Made by a program: the position numbers and the translations under genes
Origin: Octopus sinensis
Taxonomy: Eukaryota
Reading direction: 5' to 3'
Assembly (NCBI RefSeq): GCF_006345805.1
Contig: NW_021824919.1
Coordinates: forward strand, 1-17,183
Length of the DNA: 17,183 nt
In this document: one piece after another, positions 1 through 9,519 of the stretch
Numbering within the stretch: the first letter of the stretch is position 1
How the letters are laid out: each line of letters begins with the position of its first letter
The notes under the pieces: model-generated
What the model saw: the letters and a program-made list of their open reading frames with translations, nothing else
Told to the model about the DNA's origin: nothing
Databases searched by the model: none

Positions 1-400
1 CTGTGTACTGCTCCCGACTATGGTCATCAGACAATGTCGAATTAATAGAAGTTGAGGCAGTTCAGCGGTGTTACACCAGGAGGATTGTTTCAATGAGACA
101 GCTAAGCTACTGGGAAAGACTGAAGGAGTTACTACTCTACTTCCTGAAACGACGACGGGAGAGATATGCAGTGATATACGTATGAAAGATCCTGAGAAAC
201 TGGCATAAAACTTTGGCATCGGGAGCTATAGCAGCCCTCCATGTTCCAAAGGTCTCAGTCATCCCGTTTAGATTGAGGACCATGTACTGCAATAACTTGG
301 GATTAAAGGGCCCAAAACATCTGAGAAATCTATATGGAGTAGGAGTAGATGTTTTCAAGAAACAACTCGACCTTTTGCCTGCTAAGTCTTCAAATATATA
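1..400 (+). mobile_element. CR1/L2-group non-LTR retrotransposon, decayed C-terminal ORF2 fragment (runs off window start)
   Basis: Translation YCSRLWS..VELIEVEAVQRCYTRRIVSMRQLSYWERLKELLLYFLKRRRERYAVIYV*KIL and GPK..LRNLYGVGVDVFKKQLD follows the post-RT pattern of CR1/L2-type ORF2 (YCS.VW.P..I..LE.VQRR.T...L.Y.ERL..L.L.SL..RR.R); stop codon and frameshift present. Confidence 0.75.
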
Positions 401-661
401 AGGAAAATAAGACAAGGTAGATGTTTCTGCATTTCATCCTATCGAGTTTGATGGCGTTTAAGAATTTGGACCTGAAGATCTCCATTTCCAGCGACTTCGA
501 GGGCTACCTCCCAGTGGTGTCGGTAGTCAACGAAGAGCCCTCGACTACAACAAGACGACCAAAGTTTTTTTTCCCAAGGTCTGGGGTCTCCCGCCCCTAA
601 GCCCTAGACCATCACCTAATCACCCTTACCCGTCTTGTTGCTTAACAAGAACAACAACAAT

Positions 662-762
662 CGAGGTCGATAAAATAAGTACCAGTTGAGAAATGAGGTC
701 GATGTGATCGACTTAACTCGCCACCCCGATATTGCTGGCCTTGTGCCAAAAATTGAAACCAA
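662..762 (+). mobile_element. SINE family B, 5'-truncated, tail type 2
   Basis: Core gtcgataaaataagtaccag..gtcgatgtgatcgactt matches 15595-15642; the tail ttgctggccttgtgccaaaaattgaaaccaa matches 11854-11885. Confidence 0.75.
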
Positions 763-988
763 CCAGTATTATGATCGTTATACAAATACATTGCATTGAA
801 ATATCTATAGTAATACGAGCACAGGGCCTGCTAGCCACCTTCGTATATGTGTCTCTGTATGAAATCAAGTTTGACTTTGTCATTTACTCTTTTGCAGTTG
901 ATAAAATAAATACCAGAATCGATTCAGTCGACTGTTCTTCGCACTAAAATTCGTCACCAATCAACTGATAACAAATATTTTTAGAATC

Positions 989-1155
989 TCTCTTTTGCTT
1001 GTTTCAGTCATTGGACTGCAACTATGCTGAAGCAATGGAACAAATCGACCTAGTACTTATTCTATCGGTTTCTTTTGCCGAACCGCTAAGTTAAGGGGAA
1101 GTGAACAAACTAACACCAGTTGTCAAGCGGTAGTAGCGGAACACACACATACCCA
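989..1155 (-). mobile_element. SINE family A, diverged 3' half
   Basis: Reverse complement aligns to 8080-8260 and 12410-12580 (cgcttgacaac..cttagcggttcggcaaaaga..cgatagaataagtactag..gactgaaacaag). Confidence 0.75.
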
Positions 1156-1156
1156 C

Positions 1157-1243
1157 CTCTCCTCTATCTCTCTCTCTTTCAATATATATATATAATATAT
1201 ATATAATATATATATATTATATATATATATATATAATATATAT
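1157..1243. repeat. (CT)n then interrupted (TA)n microsatellite abutting the PLE 3' end
   Basis: Direct reading. Confidence 0.9.
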
Positions 1244-1295
1244 GAAAAAACAAGTAAAAATAGAAAATGCTAAAATAATTTTATAGTGAACATTT

Positions 1296-1333
1296 CAGTA
1301 CCGGTTTCGGTCATTTTGAGACCTTTTCAACTG
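1296..1333 (-). ncRNA. Minimal type I hammerhead ribozyme, left PLE end
   Basis: Reverse complement reads CAG-UUGAAAA-GGUC-UCAAAAU-GACC-GAAA-C-CG-GUA-CUG; predicted cleavage between 1299 and 1298. Confidence 0.8.
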
Positions 1334-1680
1334 TAACGATTAAATAATTAAATTTAGAAAAATTAGAAGAAAAGTTTTTTAAAAGAATATTTCTATAGTA
1401 GTGTTCAGATTTAAGTGGCATTCTGCCTTTCTCTGACTCCCTTGTTTGCACTTGTGTGTTCGAGGTAGTTTGTGAGTTTTGGTAGGGTAGTAGAGGAAGC
1501 TGGGGTGAGGAAGGGGGGTGGGAGAATCTGGGAGTGCCCTGATGGTCGTATTTTGAATGGTCAGTGGCGGCTGGCAGTCTCAGTTCAATCAGGGAATATT
1601 TATATTGACAGGCTTGTTTATAGAATTAGCGTAGGTGTTATACTAAAAAACATTAGTGACAAACTTAAGGGGTAGGGGGT

Positions 1681-1895
1681 GAGAGAAGAAAGAAAGGAAG
1701 AAGAAGGAGGAGAAGATGATGTGATGGTGGTGATGATTGATGACGACGATGATGATGATAACGATGATGATGAAGAAGGAAGAAGGAGGAGAAGGAGAAG
1801 ATGGTGGTGATGATGGTGGCGATGATGATGACGACGATGATGATGATAACGATGAGATGAAGGAAGAAGAAGAAGAAGAAAAAACAGAGAAGGGA
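1681..1895. repeat. (GAA)/(GAT)/(GGT) trinucleotide block inside the PLE 3' UTR (left arm)
   Basis: Direct reading; mirrored at 6331-6550. Confidence 0.9.
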
Positions 1896-2011
1896 GAATA
1901 TGAATGGGTGTAAATATAGCTATGAAGGGGCTGATTAGTAATGGATTCTATGGAGTGTAGTATTTGTGTGTGTATATATATTTTTTTCTTTTATTCTAAA
2001 GTTGAGGTATA

Positions 2012-5000
2012 TTAATTGTTTGTCGTAGACCCGTTAAGAAGTGGCTTGTATTTTAATAAAGAGATTTTCTTTACTTATTCGTTGTCTCGAGGTTGTATCG
2101 TCCCTAAATTGGTAGAGGGGGAAAATTCTGAAGTTTGGTGTTTTTTTGTTGGCGCAAGTATCTATGTGTTGGCTAAAAGCTATTTTTCTGTTTTGGGGAA
2201 TTTTTATCTGGGATCTGTGCAGGGCCATTCGTTTACGCAAACCATTTTTTGTTTGGCCTATGTACTGCTCTTGACACCGGAGCAGGTTAGTGAGTATATT
2301 AGGTTCTCCGAAGCACATGTGAAGTTGCTTTTCACTGTAAACCGTTGTCCCTGTTTGAAGGAGAACTCAGAACCCTCGATTAGATAGTCGCATATCCCGC
2401 AATTGGGTCTTCCACATTTTTTTACTGTCGGCTTCTGTGTTGAAGAGTGAATTCGGGCTTGTGTAAGGAGACTTTTCATGGATCTAGGCTGTCTTTTGCT
2501 TTTTATGATCGTGTGTGTTTGGAGGATTGTGTTCATTCTGTGGTCTTTTTTTAGGAGGGGTATGTTGTGGAGGATGGTGTCGAAGGCTTCGTTATTGAGA
2601 GGGTTGTGTGTGGAGATGTATGGTAAGGCTTTTGGTTGTAAGTTTTTCTTTGATTTGGGATGTCTCAGTTCCTTGATGTTAAGTTGAAGGGCACGTTGAA
2701 TGCACTTGTCAATAAGTGAAGGTGGATAGTTCCTGGTGATTAGGGTATCTTTTAGTTCTTGTAGTCGTGTGTCTCTGGTGTTTGCGTTAGAGACTATAGT
2801 GCATATCCTTTTGCTAGATTGAAGGGGATATTCATCCTGGTGTGTCTGGGGTGGCATGAATTGAATGGAAGATATTGCTTAGAGTCTGTAGGCTTATAGT
2901 ATATGTCTGTTTCTATTATATTATTAGCTTTCTTAATGAGGATATCGAGGAAGGGGAGTTGTTGTGGCTATATTCCATCGTGAATTGGATGTTTACGTCC
3001 AGTCCGTTTAAAATTTTCTGGAATTCTATGAGTTTTTCTATATTTTTATGCCAAAGGATGAAACAGTCATCTAGATATCTCTTCCAGTTGTTTTCTATGT
3101 AGATGGAGAAAGGGCTGCCATATCTTTCTAGAACCTTACGATACAGACTGATCTCTAGGTATCCTATGACTAGGTTGGCAAAGGAGGGGGCCATTCGTGT
3201 ACCCATCGCAGTCCCCGATTTTTGTCGGTAGAAGTTGTCATTGAAGGCGAAGAAGTTATTTTCCAGGATGAATTTAACCCCTTCTATCACAAATTCTTTT
3301 TTGATGCGTGTGTGGTAGTTCGTTGGCGTGATTCTCTAGCCAGAATTGGATTGCCTCTAGTCCTAGGTTGTGGGGGATATTGGAGTAGTAGAGGTTGACT
3401 ACATCGAAGGATACCAGTATGGTGTTTTTGTTTATAGTATTCGGTAGGTGATTGAGCATATCTAAGTCGTCCCTTATATAGCTTTTGACATGTTTGAGGA
3501 GTGGTTTTAACAGGGTGTCTAAAAAGTTACTGAGGCGGTGGGTTTCGCATGCGGGACCTGCTATTATGGGTCTCATTTGAGGTCATTAGGATTAGGGACT
3601 TTAATTATTTTGTCTGTAGCTATCTTGCATGCGTTGCTTATTTTTTCACTTTTGTGGATCTTAGGTATACCGTAGAATTGGCTAGTTTTACTTGTGAAAT
3701 TGGTCATATAATCATATTCTTTGTCGGTGAGCCCTGCTTTGTATGGGTTTAATATGGATTTTAGTTCCCTCATTATTTTTTGTTGACTGTAGTTTTGTGC
3801 CTTTTCATAGTATGTTGTGTCTTCCAGCATAGAAAGTACCAAAGTTATGTAAAATGTCGTATCCATTAAGACAACAGCACTCCCTTATCGGCCTCTTTGA
3901 TTGTTATTGTTTTATCTAGTTTTAATTTGTTCAACTCAGCCCATTCTTTTTTGCTGAAGTTTGGTTTGTGTTTTTGTTTGTGCATATGTTTGATATGGGT
4001 AATTTGATATGTGGTCACAGAAATCATCAAGTGTTTTATTCTTACCTTTCGAGGGGGTGTAGTTACTCCTATTTCTGGCTAACGATTCGTCCTCGTTGTA
4101 TTTATCGTATAGCTCCTCAGTAAGTCTTAATTTTCTGCAGAATTCTGCGATGTCTTCTTTCATTTCATTGTAGTTGGGGTGTTGTGGGGTGGGTGTAAAC
4201 TTGAGTCCTTTGGAAAGTATGTTTATTTGGTTTGCTGTTAGTTCCTTGTGAGTTAGATTAATAATTTTTATTACTTTTGGTTCCTCCTGCTTGTTTGGTG
4301 CTATCTTGTGTCTCTGTGTTTGCGTATTGGGTCTAAAAAATGAATGCGGTGGTTGGGACGGTAGCTAGTATATAGTTGTTCTTTGTTGATTAGGGGTCTC
4401 CTGTTGTGATTTATGGTGTGTGTTCTTGGAGCAGTATTGAGGAGAGCATCCCGATATCCCATATTCGGGTGTGGTGTTCTAGGAGGCCTTCGTTGGTAAT
4501 CATTGCAAGTGGTGTGGGTTTGTTGTGCATGGTTGTTTAACCGGTTAATGGGACGAAGATTTCGTTGGTAACTCCTTTGGGTGGGGATGAGGTTGCAGTG
4601 TCTATGCTGTGGGTGTTGATTTATCCTCTCTGCTTGAAGTGTGGGGGTATTCCTGATATTGTATCGCTGGCTGCTTACAGAGTTAGGGTTAGGTCCTGTA
4701 TTCTTTTTTGATAGTAGTGAAGGTTCCGATTTTTAGACAGGTGTGTATCGGTGTTTGGGTGTTGTTTTGGTTTTCTTATTTTCTGGAAAGGGTTGTTGGA
4801 GGCGTGCTCTGTTTGAAAGACGGCTTCATAGTCTGAGAACCAGTGGCGCTTTTCTCCCAGCGTTGGAGAGATTTTAGTTCTTCTTTTTCACAGTCCTCTT
4901 TCCATAGTTTGGAGAACTTCTCTTGATCTGGGCCTTGGGTCATTTTGCGAATTTCTTCGTTGATATCTTCATCGGTGGATTTTATTTTATCCTCATTCGT

Positions 5001-5528
5001 TTGGGCCCTCAATTTCAGAAGTTCTATTTCCATTTTCATTTTTTCCAGTGCCATCTCTCCCTGAGGTGTCTTTGGTTTCAGGTTCTTCTGTAATAGCTTT
5101 GAACTGGAATTTACGTGGGAGGATTAACGGGGTCCGGTTGAGCCTTTTTCGTATATATCCGCTTTGTTGTTTTTTTGGATCATCTTCCAAAAGGCGAACT
5201 TTCTATCTCTGAGTGATTTGTTCCATTGTGGTATTATGTGGTGTTTCATTTGGTATGTTGTTAGAGTATTGATCCCATATATTGACGCGTTTGGAGGTCC
5301 TTGGTTAGCGTTGTTAGAGAAAAATGTTCTAATTGTTTCGCATAAGTTTCCAAGGTTTTCGACAATTTCGGAGGTTGTATTTTTCGTATCTGTTTCATTG
5401 TTCTCTCGATTGGGTTGAAGTGTCGAGTCGAATTTGTTCAAAAAAGTTGACAAATTTGTGTTGATTTTCTTGAGTTCTTTCAGTATTTCTTCGTTTATGG
5501 AGGTGATTGTGTCTGTTTTTGTCGGCAT
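2012..5528 (-). pseudogene. PLE polyprotein (N-terminal region, RT, Cys linker, GIY-YIG), frameshifted as assembled
   Basis: Collinear fragments: ATG at 5528 (MPTKTD..; the true start may lie upstream of the truncation), IINLT..LSKGLKFTPTP (~4180-4270), KEADKG (~3885), FYGIPKIHK, RPIIAG, SFDVVNLY, QKSGTAMGTRMAPSFANL, WKRYLDDCFILW, CGRPNCGIC, LIYSLTC..QYIGQT..RKRMALH, SKENLFI..PLLN, stop at 2012. About ten frame breaks. Confidence 0.9.
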
Positions 5529-6330
5529 TTTCTGTATCTCGTGTGGGTTAGGAACTGAGACATCCCAAATCAAAGAAAAACTTACAACCAAAAGCCTTAC
5601 CATACATCTCCACACACAACCCTCTCAATAACGAAGCCTTCGACACCATCCTCCACAACATACCCCTCCTAAAAAAAGACCACAGAATGAACACAATCCT
5701 CCAAACACACACGATCATAAAAAGCAAAAGACAGCCTAGATCCATGAAAAGTCTCCTTACACAAGCCCGAATTCACTCTTCAACACAGAAGCCGACAGTA
5801 AAAAATGTGGAAGACCCAATTGCGGGATATGCGACTATCTAATCGAGGGTTCTGAGTTCTCCTTCAAAAACAGGGACAACGGTTTACAGTGAAAAGCAAC
5901 TTCACATGTGCTTCGGAGAACCTAATATACTCACTAACCTGCTCCGGGTGTCAAGAGCAGTACATAGGCCAAACAAAAATGGTTTGCGTAAACGAATGGC
6001 CTGCACAGATCCCAGATAAAAATTCCCCAAAACAGAAAAATAGCTTTTAGCCAACACATAGATACTTGCGCCAACAAAAAAACACCAAACTTCAGAATTT
6101 TCCCCCTCTACCAATTTAGGGACGATACAACCTCGAGACAAAGAATAAGTAAAGAAAATCTCTTTATTAAAAAATACAAGCCACTTCTTAACGGGTCTAC
6201 GACAAACAATATAAATATTACCTCAACTTTAGAATAAGAGAAAAAAAATATATATACACACACAAATACTACACTCCATAGAATCCATTACTAATCAGCC
6301 CCTTCATAGCTATATTTACACCCATTCATA

Positions 6331-6550
6331 TTCTCCCTTCTCTGTTTTTTCTTCTTCTTCTTCTTCTTCATCATCATCGTTATCATCATCATCGGCGTCA
6401 TCATCATCGCCACCATCATCACCACCATCTTCTCCTTTCTCCTTCTTCTTCTTCTTCATCATCATCGTTATCATCATCATCGTCGTCATAATCATCACCA
6501 CCATCACCATCATCTTCTCCTCCTTCTTCTTCTTCTCTTCTCCACCCTCC
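6331..6550. repeat. (TTC)/(TCA)/(CCA) trinucleotide block inside the PLE 3' UTR (right arm)
   Basis: Reverse complement of 1681-1895 with small indels. Confidence 0.9.
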
Positions 6551-6898
6551 ACCCCCTACCCCCTAAGTTTGTCACTAATGTTTTTTAGTATAACACCTAC
6601 GCTAATTCTATAAACAAGCCTGTCAATATAAATATTCCCCTGAATTGAACTGAGACTGCCAGCCGCCACTGACCATTCAAAATACGACCATCAGGGCACT
6701 CCCAGATTCTCCCACCCCCCTTTCCTCACCAGCCTTCCCTCTACTACCACTACCAACTCACAACTACCTCGAACACACAAGTGCAACAAGGGAGTCAGAG
6801 AAAGGCAGAATGCCACTTAAATCTGAACACTACTATAGAAATATTCTTTTAAGAAAACTTTTCTTCTAATTTTTCTAAATTTAATTATTTAATCGTTA

Positions 6899-6936
6899 CA
6901 GTTGAAAAGGTCTCAAAATGACCGAAACCGGTACTG
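6899..6936 (+). ncRNA. Minimal type I hammerhead ribozyme, right PLE end
   Basis: Helix I CAG(6899-6901)/CUG(6934-6936); core UUGAAAA (6902-6908); helix II GGUC/GACC with 7-nt loop; GAAA (6924-6927); palindromic ACCGGU; GUA triplet, predicted cleavage after 6933. Hammerheads in PLE terminal repeats are established. Confidence 0.8.
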
Positions 6937-7113
6937 AAATGTTCACTATAAAATTATTTTAGCATTTTCTATTTTTTACTTGTTTTTTCATATATATCAA
7001 CTCGTGTGTTCCTTTTCACCCTTATACATATATATATATATATATATGGTGGTTGTCTACTCCTTATGCAGAGTCTGACCATCTCTTGTACTTACACCTT
7101 AGATCCATGATGG

Positions 7114-7216
7114 CGTCTACTTAATCCGCTTACGACGCTTTAGTGGGCCCGGGACTACAAGTGCTTCACAGTGCAACCGAACCCAAGACCATGTGGCTAA
7201 GAAGATGCTTCTTACA
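7114..7216 (-). mobile_element. SINE family A, strongly diverged 5' part
   Basis: About two-thirds identity by eye to the rc of 12200-12325 (cgtctac..gggcccgggacta..gaacccaagaccatgtggct), with a ~20-nt deletion. Confidence 0.55.
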
Positions 7217-7891
7217 GTGCGTATTGAAAAAAAATTCATTATCTCTCATAGGTGTTTAATGCCACGAATATCAATAACATACTGGAAGTGTCCTTCATCA
7301 CCAGTATAGTATTATAATAATCCCTTCCTGACTGCACACTGTTGGCCTCGAGACTTTTTCATTCAAAGAAATCAATTTAGCAACAATCGATTTTATAAGT
7401 CGACAATATCGAATTCTCACGCTAATTTGAAGATGCGTGTAGTTTCATGACAACCAGTTTTTATCCATTGATGGATTTCCTCTGTAAATAGTTCCTTTGT
7501 GGATATTTAACATTGTACATTGATTCTATGTTATTAGATCGTCCTTATCCTGAATTTAGTTTTAAGTAAGCGAAGGAGGTTTAGAAAAAAAAAACGGAGA
7601 GAAAAAAATGGAAAAAACCAAGTAGAAACGCAAACACGTTTATTTAGTTCGTCTAAGTTGCTAAATTACAGTATTGTGTTACAATTAGTCAAACTGGTGG
7701 CAGGCTTCAGCGCGTGAATTGTGTCGGTCGACTGGTGGTAAGAGATAATACTTCCCGTTTATAGCCGAAGGCGGAGAAGGTCTCGTAAATAAATCGTCTA
7801 CGAAAGTAAATAAGACACATGACACTGGATAAAAAAAAAAACCTAATTGCGAAGCAGCATTTTCCCTCACCAGAGAAGGAAGAACATCATC

Positions 7892-8022
7892 TGGCTGTGT
7901 GGTCCCGGGTTCAGTCTCACTGCGTGGCACCTTGGGTAAGCGTCTTCTACTATAGCCTCGGGCCGACCAAAGCCTTGTGAGTGGATTTGGTAGACGGAAA
8001 CTGAAAGAAGCCCGTCGTATAT

Positions 8023-8053
<31 letters not shown>

Positions 8054-8266
8054 TTGTGTGTCTATGCTTGTCCTCTCCCAAATCGCTTGACAACCGATGC
8101 TGGTATGTTTACGTCCCCGTAACTTAGCGGTTCGGCAAAAGAGATCCCGATAGAATAAGTACTAGGCTTACAAAGAATAAGTCCTGGGGTCGAGTTGCTC
8201 GACTAAAAAAATCAGTGCTCCAGCATGGTCACAGTCACTTGACTGAAACGAGTAAAAGAGTAAAAG
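7892..8266 (+). mobile_element. tRNA-derived SINE family A with a deletion between the A and B boxes
   Basis: A-box-like tggctgtgtgg, B-box-like gggttcagtctc, central ccttgggtaag, internal (TA)(TG) tract, gagtaaaa tail repeats; collinear with 12179-12587. Confidence 0.85.
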
Positions 8267-9519
8267 TGCAGTAGCTCCCAAGCTTTTTGGTATATTGTCC
8301 CCTTAGCACCCAGGCCACGTTCCTAGCGACCCCTCCCCCACAACACTCACCACCACAAGCATAGACCATTTTACGCAGCAAATTCAAAATAACTGTATTT
8401 CAATAATAGAACTTAAGCTAATTAACCCATTATTTTGTTGTTCTTGCGTCCATAGCCCCCCTATTAGCTAACCCCATTGTCACTCTGCTTTTTCTTTACT
8501 ACCCTGATCTTTTTGTCGCTCCCTCAGGAGCAGTACTACTCACTTTGGGAGTCATTGATGCACTGATGTATAGGGTGTCTGAGACTGGTGGAAGTAAAAG
8601 AGGAAAAAAGTCGCAGCTCATAGATTAACCTGAAATCAGAGTCAGACATAGTCTCAATGCAAACGTCAGTGTGGGCTCTGTTAAAGGTATTCGGTGACCG
8701 GGTGAATATGTTAAACTGTGTGATGTTTTTAAGTACAACATCCAAGAACAGGTTCATGATATTCGACGGGTTTCGACATACTTTCTGTCTACCAAATTTC
8801 ACTCGTATTGCATGGATTAACACGAGACCACGTGTTATGTGAACAAAGCTAGGAGGCGAACTCCTTGATTACATAGCTATGTCGCTACTGCAACTGAAAT
8901 GAAGTGCCCGCATCTTTGAAACAAAATTAAAGTAAGAAAGAAACAAAAAATAAAAGTGACCGCAATTAGTATAGTCGATATGTTGCAGTACAAGGGTCAG
9001 AGGTTCGTATCTTGAGCTAGGCAGTGTGTTGTGCCTACAGAGTTTCTGGAATGTAACCAAATTTGAAACACAATATTAAGAGTGTTATTTTTGGTAGTGT
9101 TGTTGAGCCCTAAGAACACGCTGGCTGAGAAAACCTATAATCATAGACAACCCAGCCATGATCACCCCATCGTCTTCCTATATGGAGGAAACAACTTCTT
9201 CTTTAGAACAATGGGGTGAGGTTTGAAGTGACTTGGCTTCTCTTTTTAGCGGCTCGAGCCACCACACAGAAGCTTCCGAATTGACAGAACTGCTTTCGTG
9301 ACTGACAAAAAGTCTTGTGGTATTTAGTTGTAAATCTTTTTCAAAACCTACCAAGATTGATTTTACATTTCGTTCTTCTGGGATCGATATAGTAAATACC
9401 GGATGAATACTGATGTTGAACTAATCGTACATAAACATTCCCTAAATTTGAGAACGTGTGGCCCATGTTAGAAATATTTTAAAATATAAAAATGGCGAAG
9501 AAGACAAGAGAATCGAAAA

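Larger units (their letters stand above)
1236..6997 (-). mobile_element. Penelope-like retroelement (Neptune-type) with an inverted duplicate of its 3' end
   Basis: RT and GIY-YIG motifs on the minus strand; 1236-2673 is the reverse complement of 5550-6997; hammerhead motifs near both outer ends; both ends terminate in ..ttttttca(ta)n. Confidence 0.92.
5550..6997 (+). repeat. Inverted arm: 5'-truncated second copy of the PLE 3' end (thumb/linker/GIY-YIG remnant plus 3' UTR)
   Basis: Starts at aggaactgagacatccc (= rc of 2657-2673) and ends at ttttttcatatatat (= rc of 1236-1250); near-identical to the left arm apart from small indels. Confidence 0.95.

Noticed and set aside
3570-3580. In-frame TGA as selenocysteine, as reported for some Naiad PLEs
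   Set aside because: The TGA arises from a 1-bp frameshift at LK/RPII; domain order (EN after RT) is not Naiad-like and no SECIS was recognised.
2016-3752. Plus-strand hydrophobic ORFs over the PLE, and minus-strand ORFs 5548-5745 and 5902-6141
   Set aside because: Antisense shadows of the A-rich PLE coding strand.
7700-7800. Minus-strand IYETFSAFG resembling RRM LYDTFSAFG; CpG-rich patch
   Set aside because: Flanking residues do not fit an RRM and a stop follows within ~20 codons.
8422-8630. ~68-codon hydrophobic open frame containing NPIVT (GPCR NPxxY-like)
   Set aside because: Lacks the Tyr, has no start or clear exon boundaries, and T-rich sequence gives such translations by chance; an RNA-seq or tblastx hit would reopen it.
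9100-9290. Possible decayed copy of a third repeat family
   Set aside because: Resemblance is from memory only; there is no second copy in the window to support it.
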